63,925 nucleotides of DNA from Octopus vulgaris (lineage: Eukaryota): NCBI GenBank assembly GCA_951406725.2, contig OX597820.1:123504076-123568000 (forward strand), given 5' to 3'. The translations under genes were made by a program, and so were the position numbers. Each line of letters opens with the position of its first letter. Positions within the stretch are counted from its first letter, which is position 1. The notes beneath the pieces are model-generated. The model had not been told where the DNA came from, did not search any database, and was given only the letters and a program-made list of their open reading frames with translations. Below, piece after piece: positions 53,295-63,925 of the stretch.

Positions 53295-53507
53295 CGGAGT
53301 AAACACATAAATGTGAAACAAGGTGGAAAAAAAGTACTCAAATACCAGTGGTAGAGTAATATGCTTTATTTAAAGCACCAGAAAATTCAACAAAATCTGT
53401 TACTCTGAGTTTCCCGTTGCCGTTCATCGGACAGTTTTTGTCCAATGAACGGTAACGGGAAACTCAGAGTAACAGGTTTTGTTGAATTTTCTGCTGCTTT
53501 AAATAAA

Positions 53508-53510
<3 letters not shown>
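53295..53510. mobile_element. Near-perfect 72-bp-arm palindrome made of two back-to-back hammerhead variants, between (TA)n tracts
   Basis: Arms 53362-53433 and 53439-53510. Minus CUGU-CCGAUGA-acggcaacgg-GAAA-cucaga-GUA-ACAG (53397-53434); plus UGU-CCAAUGA-..-GAAA-cucaga-GUA-ACA (53439-53474). Confidence 0.8.
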
Positions 53511-53553
<43 letters not shown>

Positions 53554-53578
53554 TAAAGGTTAATATATGCGTATTAAA

Positions 53579-53631
53579 GCGCTACAAATAACTTCATATG
53601 TTGAGAGAACTCCAACATATTCTTCAGGCGC
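53579..53631 (-). ncRNA. Hammerhead motif in the PLE 3' repeat
   Basis: GCGC-CUGAAGA-auauguug..caacauau-GAAG-uuauuu-GUA-GCGC. Confidence 0.68.
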
Positions 53632-54313
53632 AAACCACATATCAGAACGAAGAAATTGAATAAATAGAAGAAACGCGGTGAAGCAGAGAATACAGCATAC
53701 AGAAAACGCAGACAGTACACAACAGAAAACGAAATTAAAATGTCAAAAGCTAAAAATTGCTATCCTCCTTAGGCCTTAAATGATAAGGCTGGAAAGATAT
53801 CAAGTCAGTCAGGAATAGGCCGAATTTTCCAATTCTTCAGAATATATTTATACTTATGCATCCAACCACTGAAAATCTCTGACTTAGAGTTCAATACAGA
53901 GCAGAGTTAAAGATCATAGATCTGAACAGGATCTGCACTCTTTCAGCCAAACAAAGTCTACAGTTTTTCGATCTGTTCATATAACGTGTGCATTTTTCAA
54001 TTACTTTCCATTTAATCACATGTAGTGCTTCATTACCTTTCAAGTCCATACGTAGCTAGCCAATTTAGTAGCTTTGCTTTTGTCCCTCTATCGGAAAGAG
54101 GCTGTGTAATAGGCATAGCGATTTTCAAATTCTCCTTCACACAATCCAATATAGATCTTCTTAACAGTTGTATTATTATTTAAGGTTGCAGTAAATTCTG
54201 CCTCATATATGATAGAGTTAATGTTACATCATTGGTCAAGTGGACAGGATCCTGTGTCACGACAGTTGCAGCTGGATTCAGGTTCTTGGTTTTGACCACG
54301 TGTAATGTGGTTG

Positions 54314-54366
54314 GCGCCTGAAGAATATTTTTGAGTTCTCTCAACATATGGAGCTATTAGTAGCGC
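54314..54366 (+). ncRNA. Decayed hammerhead motif in the inverted 5' repeat
   Basis: GCGC-CUGAAGA-auau..auau-GGAG-cuauua-GUA-GCGC. Confidence 0.55.
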
Positions 54367-54472
54367 TTTAATATATGTATTATGACCTTTAAATAGTAAT
54401 ATTTATCTCTCACCAAACGGAGTACATTTTTGTTGAGTTTTCTATCATGGACCAGTACGTCATGTATATGTA

Positions 54473-55311
54473 AGTGGTCTGATCAATATGTATCCAGACT
54501 GTTGCTATAGTAACGAAGCTAAAACACGCAGAGTAAGGCCGCTTGGCAACGATAAATCCTAATCTCTGGTAATCATTGGCACTAAGTTTTAACATTCTAA
54601 CTAACTTTTTCTCTGTACAACAGTGCTTGGACGAAAGGTGTGTAACGTGATCATCGCATTGACCATGACAGAGGAGGTTGAGCAGAGAATATGCATCAAG
54701 CTTTAGCAAAAGCTTGGTGATACCTGCTCAGAGGCCTACGCAAAAGTCTCAAACAGTTTTCATCGTTCTCAACACAATGGAGATATTGTGCAACTGGAAC
54801 CCGAGTGTCTTTGTGGTCAGCTGAAAGCAGTTTTGGCACAAACTTGGCAGGCACGCGTCTCATATCCAAATCTTCAGTAATAATGGAATGAAATGAGCTG
54901 TAACTAACCTGCACATTCTCTGATAACTCACGGATGGTAATTCGACGATTTCCCCTCACAGCTGCACGCACATCTGCGAAGTTCTCTGTTCTGCTGGTTG
55001 CGGGTCTACCCGAATGTTCAGCAATATCGAAATATTTTCAGCCATCTTAGAGACGTTTGAACCATTCGTACTCATGTGTACTGCTCATACACTCCTCTCC
55101 ATACACTTTATGCAACTTTGCGTTGGCCACTGAGCAGGTATCGCCATGACAATTTTCTCTGTCACGGTCAATGTTGTAAGTAGCAGAAGTGAGCTAGAAA
55201 GTTAAAACATGCACACCAGAGTTCAAGGTCAATCTTGCCAAGCGGCGTCTCTGTGTGTCTCTTAGCTTTGTTATTAAGGCTACAGTCCGGATACTTATAG
55301 ATAAGACCTCG
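54473..55311 (-). mobile_element. Rearranged, internally deleted mariner element with two 5' ends
   Basis: TA-flanked TIRs (gtggtctgatcaatatgtatccagactg / cagtccggatacttatagataagacctcg). Minus RRITIRELSENVQVSYSSFHSIITEDLDMRRVPAKFVPKLL (HTH + linker); plus EQRICIKL*QKLGDTCSEAY (inverted N-terminus). Confidence 0.85.
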
Positions 55312-55430
55312 TATATATATATATATATCTAATGGAGAAAAAAAAATATGTAAAAGGTCGTCATGATAGATCGTTAGCCACAACACACATTTTTTCTCTC
55401 CTTGTTTCCCTCCTTGTTTTTTCTGTGTCC

Positions 55431-55466
55431 CTTTCTGTAGAAGAGCGTAGGCTTGAAACGTAAAAG
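55431..55466 (+). ncRNA. Minimal hammerhead variant (CUGUAGA core) in a TA-flanked unit 55330-55550, same family as 50250-50402
   Basis: CUUU-CUGUAGA-a-gagc-guag-gcuu-GAAA-c-GUA-AAAG. Confidence 0.72.
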
Positions 55467-56742
55467 ACTTTTTCTTTTCCTGAGCTTTATACTTATGTTT
55501 CTTTTGTACGCCACCTGTCTTCGTCTTTGTTCTTTTCGTAAACTCTCCCTACATATATATATATATATCTTGTTAAGGCAGTGGGAGCCATTTGAAGCAT
55601 TAAATCATTGAAATATATTCAGAGAAAGACGCTTTGAATATGTATATATTATTTCACATATTTCTTTGTCATGCAGCTTTTTCTACTGAGTTTTCACTTC
55701 TCATTCACAAATTACCACATAACAGTGCACTGCTGTAAAGAAAATTAGTATGATTATAGGACCCCTGTTGTACTCCGTGAATGATTATGCTTGGAATGTT
55801 CTGAGGAATTATGTCTTTGAAATCAAATATCTAGCGTCATACATTTTGGATACTTTTGGTTGCCATGATTCTTCTGTAGCATTTCAATGCGTTTATAACA
55901 AAACCGCATTACACTGGTTAGTGTAAATTACATATGAATTTAGGACATGTGCCGTTCTCCATTATCTATTGTCCATCTAATACTTGAAATGAAGTTTTAC
56001 ATCCATTTTTCTATATATACTATAGGTTATCTTGTCTCAAGTAAGTTTAGAGTTTTAACTGTACGCATAGACACTCGCAAACACATACAAACATATGCAT
56101 CTCTAAGTGCGTCTGGGAATCTGTGTATGTATATGTTCGCATATTTGTATATACAGGTGTTAAAAAGATGTATTCAGTTATGTTAATTTACGTCAAGTCA
56201 GGCAGATGTAGACGTTTCGATAAAATATGTACTAGACATCAAACTAGAGTTGGTATAATTGTTTAAAACACTTCCAACCAATGCAACAGTATGGCCGGAA
56301 TCCAACTACTGAAAGCAGCAAAACAGTAAAAGAATAAAATGTAGTTCAAAAGTTATCAGTCGAAGGTATTTCATGAAGTATATGTTATCAATACATTTGA
56401 GACAGACATTGGCGATGTTAGCAACATTTTTATAAAGACTTTCTTAAATAGAAATGATGTTACTTAGCAAAGAGATAAATTCATTCTCAAAGGAAGGTCT
56501 CTAACTGTAGGTGCAAGCATGGATCTGATGTTAAGAAGTTCGTCTCGGAGTTAAACGGTATCGGTTTTCATCTGATTGTTTAAAGATTTGGGAAACGGGT
56601 TTCGGCCACAGCCTTATATTATGTAATGCCTTGTGATGGGATCTTTTCACAGAAAATGTGCGCAAACCCATTGTGTATCTATGTATTTTTCTATCTATCT
56701 ATCTTACTTTCTTTCCTTATATCTGTCTGGCTCTCTCTTTCT

Positions 56743-56803
<61 letters not shown>

Positions 56804-56839
56804 ATATATGTATATACATACATATATATCTATGTATGT

Positions 56840-56879
<40 letters not shown>

Positions 56880-56898
56880 GTACATATATATATGTATG

Positions 56899-56964
<66 letters not shown>

Positions 56965-56965
<1 letters not shown>

Positions 56966-57687
56966 TACGTACATATATGTATGTATGCATATATTTTATT
57001 TATTAAATTATTGTATGACTGAGCGCCCTCGCGTCGTTTCGTTTCTTTTCTTCTCTCCAAGTAAGTTTTTATATATAATTATGATGCGAAACACTGTGAC
57101 CCTTTGCTTGACCTTCCCTTCCTTCCTGTCTGTCTTCCTCTTTGCCTGTCTCTCTTCTTCTTATTTTTCACCCTTTCTGGTTTCCTTTCCTCTCTATCTC
57201 TCTCTCTCACTCCTCCTCATCTCTCTCACTGCCGAGTCGACCAACTTCCTTTCGCTGGCGGCCTTCTACAAGTCAACACGACTTTTTTCTTGCGCTCTGA
57301 ATTTTTCCATCGTCTAGGCTTAAAAAAAGGCCCTCAATGTTGTTTTCTTTGTCCTGTTTTTATTCTTTATGTGTACTGTATTTTTTATTTGTATTTTTAT
57401 TTGTATTGCTTTTACGTCCTGTTCTTGTCACATTTTTTCTCTCCTTTTTTTTACCCCTCTGCAATTTTATTTAATCCTTTTGCAGGAAGGACTTGTCGAC
57501 GGGTCGTGTTCTGTCCTTACTTTCGAAACACGCATGGAGTCGAACCAGGGACAGCTGATGAAGGGGAATATTCCTTGTATTGTTTGTCTTGTTCTCTGTT
57601 TTTTCGTTGTTAAAATAAGTCCGTTTCCATGTTTGTTTTATGTTTTCGTTTCTCGTTGAGTTCTACGTCTATTTGTGGTGTCCTGTA

Positions 57688-57740
<53 letters not shown>

Positions 57741-57802
57741 TGTAGATGTAGGTACGTACATATATGTATGTATATATGCATATATTTTATTTATTAAATT
57801 AT
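56965..57802 (+). mobile_element. Non-coding PLE-like unit with terminal direct repeats of about 50 bp, inserted in (TA)n
   Basis: gtacgtacatatatgtatgta..tgcatatattttatttattaaattat at 56965-57011 and 57752-57802; homologous to 32820-33360. Confidence 0.7.
57496..57566 (+). ncRNA. Putative non-circularly permuted hammerhead ribozyme
   Basis: CGU-GUU (57505-57510), CUGUCCUU (57511-18), acuuuc, GAAA-CACG (57525-32) ... AGGGACAG (57547-54), CUGAUGA (57555-61), a-gggg. Complete core; 5-bp stem III and 8-bp stem I in exact register. Confidence 0.6.
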
Positions 57803-57813
57803 ATATATATATA

Positions 57814-58211
57814 CTAGCAGTATCGCCCGGCGTACATCGGGTTTGTAAGGGAAATAACTGTAGAAGCATTTTTAGAGAGTTATAGCCAAAAAATAGCAAA
57901 AAAATGCATTAAAAATGGAAAAAGAATTATGGTAAATTTTTTTTTAAATCGTTGACTCATCGTAGACATTTTTAGATATTTACTTCCCCTATATAATAGC
58001 GAAGAAATGCATTAAAATGGGAAAAAATGACGGTAAATTATTTTTAAAATTGTAGACTCATCGTAGACGCGCGCTATTACCCAGAAGGGCTCGATATGAA
58101 TCACGACTATAAGATACCCGGTTTTGGTTAAACTGCACCGCAAAATGTGGGAGTAGATAGGAATCTAAATCGTAGGAGACAGACACACAATTTGACATTT
58201 ATATATAAAGA
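57814..58211 (-). mobile_element. Complete non-autonomous Helitron
   Basis: Close to 29519-29920; TC...hairpin-CTAG, A|T target. Confidence 0.88.
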
Positions 58212-58689
58212 TATATATATATATATATATAAATCAGAGAAACAGAAAATGGAATTCACGAAACTGTCTATTCATCACAACGATCATTTCGACTCATCTT
58301 GTATCGGTCCGTTGCGGGTGGGATACTATACAACTGGTTGTGGTGCGTTCTCAGGGCAGATGTGTCTCTTCAGTTGTTTCCCTTGATTCGATTATACAGC
58401 ATGTGGTTATTAAAAGTGAAAAGAGTAAATAACAAAAAATAAAATGTAACCAGATAAGAATACATGTGTAGACGTAAGCACATATATAGACATACACGCG
58501 CGCACACACACATTGTCTCATGGACATACATACCTACGTTCACACTGTTATAGACATGTTGAATACAGTCATAAGCAACTACGAGAGTCTTACTAGAGGC
58601 GAACAGAGTATCAACCGCCCCGCTGTGTGGCCAGTCCTCAGTCCGCTTCACATGACTGAGCCGGGATTCCTGGCTACAGGTGTTACATT

Positions 58690-58855
58690 GTGAGTTCAAA
58701 TTCCGCCGAGGTTGACTTTGCCTTTCATCCTTTCGGGGTCGATTAAATAAGTACCAGTTACGCACTGGGGTCGATGTAATCGACTTAATACCTATGTCTG
58801 ACGTTGTTTGTCCCCTCCATGTTTAGCCCCTTGTGGGTAATTTAAAAAAAAGGTA
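58690..58855 (+). mobile_element. 5'-truncated Meta-domain-type SINE
   Basis: Colinear with 49225-49385. Confidence 0.85.
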
Positions 58856-59256
58856 TATATGTGGACCCGTTTCTGGTTTGGTACAAAGATCTTACTTTCC
58901 TCAGCACTTCTTAACCCATTGAAACACTATTGGAATCTGCTACGTTGAAATGAGTTGGCGTCCTTAATTGCTTTGCGCCAAAATGCGAACAGCCTCAATG
59001 TGAAAAGTACTCATCAGCAGTAAAATATTCGGAAGCGAATATTTATAAGATATTAATATTACTATTATTATCGAGGGCAATATAAATAGTTGATAATCAC
59101 ACACATTAATATATATATGGATACAGGCCTATAAAAATAGCATTATAAAGCTAAAGAATTAAAATTATATTAATCATGAGGACACAAATTGATATATTCT
59201 TTGTGCACTTCCTCACGTTCGTTTTTTTTTTTTAATTGTTTGTACCTTCAATTGAC

Positions 59257-59287
<31 letters not shown>

Positions 59288-59298
59288 AGAGAGAGAGG

Positions 59299-59466
59299 GG
59301 CGTAGAAATGGTTGTGTCGTAGGTAGCTTTCTTACCAATCATATGGTTCCGGGTTCAGTCCCACTGCGTGGCACTTTGGCCGAGTGTCTTCTACTACAGC
59401 CTCGGGCAGACCAAAGCCTTGTGAGTGGATTTGGTAGGCACAAAGTGAAAGAAGCCCGTCATAAAT

Positions 59467-59546
<80 letters not shown>

Positions 59547-59667
59547 TTGTGTGTGTATATGTTTTTGGGTGTTTGTCCCCCCAACATCGATTTGCTCGAC
59601 TAAAGGCGGTGTTCTAGCATGGCTGCAATCAAATGTCTGAAACAAATAAAAGAATAAAAGAATAAAA
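59299..59667 (+). mobile_element. CORE-type SINE with an internal deletion
   Basis: Colinear with 46696-47097 but lacking about 100 bp before tcgatttgctcgac. Confidence 0.85.
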
Positions 59668-60364
59668 TATATATATACACACACTGGTATGTATACTTGT
59701 ACCTGCGTGTTTATATATACATATTTCTAATTGCATATATACATATACATACAGTCACAGACCACTTGTACATGCTTGGACAATCACACATAAAACACGT
59801 GCACAGTTTCCTTTGCATTGTAAAGAATTGTCATATACTAAAATACCAACTGAAACGAAGAAAGTCAGACTTTGATTTCCACTCTCAAAAGGTCTTTCTC
59901 GGAAAACTTTTCTTTAGCTTCGTTGTTCACTTTCTCCCACCTCCTTACCAACGACTTATAATTCTTATAACAACGGCTAAAAGCAAAACACACGAACAAA
60001 CTAACAAATGAACGAATGCAGAAGAAATAATTTCTGTTGTTTGTAAACGCTGTGTTAGCTGCATATTAAAATAAACTAACTGACCTAAGAATTATCGATT
60101 TTATAATTGCCAACCACTTTAAAAGCTTAATAAACGGATATTTTAAAGATTTGCAGAAGAGGCCCAAAAAGAAATGAATGGGATTGTAAAATGGGACGTT
60201 TTTACCGGTAATTAACTCGTTAATACTCTTCCAAGTATATACGAATTAACGTTTAAATTATAATTGTTATATAGATTTAGTACAGTTATTATCCTTTCGA
60301 TGTCTTTACTTATTATTGGATAACTACTTCTCTTTTTACTTTTGCCTTTACCTACGGACGAACC

Positions 60365-60774
<410 letters not shown>

Positions 60775-63675
60775 ATTAGAGGGTGAGCTAGTTAAGAAGC
60801 TAGAAGAGGCAATTAGAAGCGGCATCGCATCCGACGTTTTGGCGGCGAGGTTGGCCCTCGACCAACACTTCAACGCCAAACACGAAGGATGTGCTGTCAG
60901 AGCTAGGATGCGTGCTCTAAGGAATGAAGGTGTTGGAGCCGCGAGAGAGGCCCGGGTGGCAGAGGCGCAACAGGGCAACAAAGCCACCATTCGGTCCCTG
61001 GTAGATGAACAGGGGCGCGAATTGCTCGAGCCAAGTAAAATGTGTGAGGCCTTTCAGCAGCATTTTGCCCGACTGTTCGGAACGAGTGGAGGGCAAGAAC
61101 GTAGGTTGGACTTCAGTGCCTACCTACATAGCCTACCACGACTCTCGACAAGAAAGGCAGGGTGCTGCGAAGGTGCCATCACGGCGGCGGAAGTGCAGGA
61201 AGCGATGGCAGAATGCTCGGGGGACAAATCACCGGGTTTGGATGGTCTACCCTACGAGCTTTACAATTGTATGCCAGACTTGTTTGGAGATCTCTTGGCG
61301 GCGGTGTACTGCAACTGGCAGCAAAACGGGAGCATTCGTGGTTTTGTGAGCCGAGGAGCCGTAACACTGCTGAAGAAAGATCTAAACAAGGGAAATGTAA
61401 TAGATAACTTTAGGCCCATCACTCTGCTTAATGCAGACTTGAAAATTTTGGCCAAGGTGCTAGCCAAGAGGTTGGCGCTTGTCATCGAGAAACTGGTCGA
61501 CAGGGCGCAAACATGCGCCGTGCCAGGCCGGACCATCCATGACAACCTCCACCTGATGCGCTACATCATAGACAGGGTAGTTAACGAACCTGGCATGGGT
61601 GGGGCGCTGATCAATTTGGATCAATCGAAAGCTTTCGATAGGGTGGACCATCGATACTTGGAGGCGGTCCTCGGAGCGGCTGGTTTCGGTCCCGTCTTCC
61701 GCGGCTGGATATCCGCTTTGTACAGAGGCATCCGTTCGGTAATTCGCGTAAATGGACATCTATCGAGACCCTTCGACATCGCACGTTCGGTCCGTCTGGG
61801 ATGCCCCCTCTCGGCGCTTCTATACGTATTGACTCTCGAGCCATTATTGCGGAAGCTGGCAACCTTGAGAGGCATCCCGCGAGAATTGGGATGCGGGACG
61901 AGCGTGTCTGCATACGCGGACGACGTCACCGTCATAGTGTCTAGCCACGAGCACATCGAGCAGGTCGGCGAGACATTGAAAAACTACGAAGCGGTGACAG
62001 GAGCAAAATCAACCGGGAAAAGTCAGTGGGCTTGCGACTCGGCACCTGGAGAAGCAAGCCCATGCCGTCCACCAGCGCCTCCGTCGTGGGACGCTGGACC
62101 GACTGCCCGGTTGAGTTGCTCGGGGTCTGGTTTGGTCCGGACCTCCAAGTGGAGAAGAACTGGAACGAGATAACGAGTAGGGTGGTCACTCTCGCCCGGC
62201 AATGGGCCGAGAGGAAACTGTCCCTAAAAGGTCGGGCGGAGGTGGCGAACACGTACATCGCGTCCGTCATCTACTACCGCCTGACCGTCGTACCTTGTCC
62301 CGACCCTACCATCACCAAACTACAACGCATTCTCTTTCGCTTCTTGTGGAAAGGATGCGTCCCGATGGTCAGGCGATCCATTTGCTGTCAACACCCGTTA
62401 AAAGGAGGGCTGGGCATGCCGTGGTTGATGATGCGCAGACACGCGCTGAGACTGCGACATCTCTGGCTCTATGTAGACGACGGTGAACATGTGTGGTCGC
62501 CGTTTGTGAGGCACGCTTTCCCGCAGCTCGTCTCCATGACCGAACTGCAGTCGTGGATCAAAAAGAGGCCGAAGAAGGGCGAGTGGCACCGCGAGTGTCG
62601 CGTTGCTCTCAAGCAACTCTGCCGTCCTGGGTCGACCTTGAGTGACTTCAACACAACCAAAGTATTCTATAGGGGTTTAGTGGAGGGGAGGTACGACGAC
62701 GAGCTCGGGGCGAACCTGGACGTCGACGAGGAGTACCTCACCCGCCTGTTCAGGACGACTTTCGGGCCAGGGCCCATGAACAACTTCCAGAGATCCCTGG
62801 CCTGGCAGTGCTACCGAGAAGCGCTACCCGTTCGGGATAAGCTCTACAGACACGGCTCCAGAAACACGGGGCCGACCTGCCCGAGATGCGGTCAGAGCGA
62901 CGAAACCGTTCTGCACGCACTCGTGCAGTGTCCAACAATTTCCGACCTGTGGGCTTGTGTCGAACAACTGCTGTCACGTGTGGGACGAGTCGGTTTATCA
63001 GCTGAGTCTATCATTAATATTGTCACGCCTCCCTCCTTCAAACGGGAAGGAAGAGCTATTTTCATCATCCTTGTGGCTATGGCGAAAGAATGTATCTGGT
63101 GGACGCGTCTGAAAGGATTGGAGACAAACACTTTCCTCTCTGGTCAATCTCTCATCAACTTCTTCAAGTACCACTTGAAAAGGAAAGTGAGAGTAGAGAG
63201 GCAAGTTTTGTCTAGCGAATGTTTTAAAAAAGATGGGTGAATGTAGCAAGAAGGGCACGTATGAATGACGAAGCCACCTTGAGCATGATCCTATGAACCC
63301 AGAAATTGAAAACAGAGAGTTGCTTATTTGCAAAAAAAAAAAAAAAAAGAAATATAACATGTGACTCCATTGACCGAGGTTACCGTGGTCTTTTCCGTAG
63401 GCTTTTCTTTCCACGGGTAAACCTCACCTGTCCTCCCCTTTACACTTCATATTGACATTTCTGTGATAACGATCCCTATTGATCAAATTTTTTTTTTCCT
63501 CTCCCCTTTTTTTTAACCCCCTTTTTTGTCCTCTTTCTCTCCTTTTACGATCCCTTTTGATTGAAACTCCCCCTTCCTATTTTCTTTTTTTTTTTTTTTT
63601 TTAAACCTTCAAAAGAAAAGCTCTACCTTGTAATTTGTTCTATCTGTGTGCAGCCCTGTGTGGCTAATAAAGAAA
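60775..63675 (+). mobile_element. 5'-truncated L1-clade (Tx1-like) non-LTR retrotransposon
   Basis: GC-rich block with ORF2 RT and a C-terminal zinc finger, T-rich 3' UTR and AATAAA at the end; both ends abut (ATCT)n. Confidence 0.92.
60776..63240 (+). pseudogene. ORF2 reverse transcriptase (endonuclease missing), single frameshift near 62005
   Basis: KSPGLDGLPYE, NFRPITLLNADLKILAK, LDQSKAFDRV, RLGCPLS (Q to L), YADD; then in the second frame LGVWF, LSLKGRA, GGLGMP and CPRCGQSDETVLHALVQC. Confidence 0.93.
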
Positions 63676-63676
63676 C

Positions 63677-63745
63677 ATATCTATCTATCTATCTATCTAT
63701 CTATCTGTCTATCCATCTATGTATGTATGTATGTATGTATGTATG

Positions 63746-63819
<74 letters not shown>

Positions 63820-63820
63820 C
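63677..63820. repeat. (ATCT)n/(ATGT)n compound microsatellite
   Basis: Directly visible. Confidence 0.95.
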
Positions 63821-63925
63821 CCAGCCGGCCGGTCAGCTAGACGTGTGGCTACACGTTTAGACATTCATCCACCCAGCCAGTCAGCTTAGTTCTGGTTTGA
63901 GTTTGTTTTAAATTGCAGTTGCAAC

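Larger units (their letters stand above)
53548..54397 (-). mobile_element. 5'-truncated Naiad-like PLE: GIY-YIG remnant with an inverted terminal repeat at its 5' side
   Basis: Minus strand CNCRDTGSCPLDQ*CNINSIIYEAEF...IYIGLCEGEFENRY..ATKLASYVW (CxCx5Cx5C at 54226-54270, YIG at 54145-54153). 53548-53640 is inverted at 54306-54397. Confidence 0.85.

Noticed and set aside
54229-54231. In-frame TGA in the zinc-finger motif as possible selenocysteine
   Set aside because: It falls at a spacer position rather than a cysteine, the ORF has other disruptions, and I recognised no SECIS.

Overview
AT-rich, microsatellite-saturated eukaryotic non-coding DNA. The SINE families resemble those I know from octopus genomes, so a cephalopod origin is inferred but not proven. 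No host gene can be called with confidence, and most ORFs in the track are translated microsatellites. Recognisable content: (1) a young, 5'-truncated L1/Tx1-type LINE (60775-63675, one frameshift) inside an (ATCT)n array; (2) decayed RTE, R4/Dong-like and CR1-like LINE pieces; (3) two mariner remnants, a TA-flanked MITE and four non-autonomous Helitrons; (4) several tRNA-derived SINE families; (5) many Penelope-like (PLE, probably Naiad-type) fragments and 0.2-0.9 kb mini-elements inserted in (TA)n tracts. By manual base-pairing I count about 20 hammerhead-ribozyme (HHR) motifs in these PLE-derived units, roughly one per 3 kb. They include intact type I motifs with palindromic stem III and recurrent core variants (CUGUAGA, CCGANGA, UUGAAAA). 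The most unusual signal is a set of motifs in three apparently unrelated families (57.5 kb with a homologue at 33.1 kb; 46.5 kb; 14.3 kb) whose three HHR strands occur in a non-circularly permuted order: NUH strand, then GAAA strand, then CUGANGA strand. All structures were folded by eye and need computational and biochemical confirmation.
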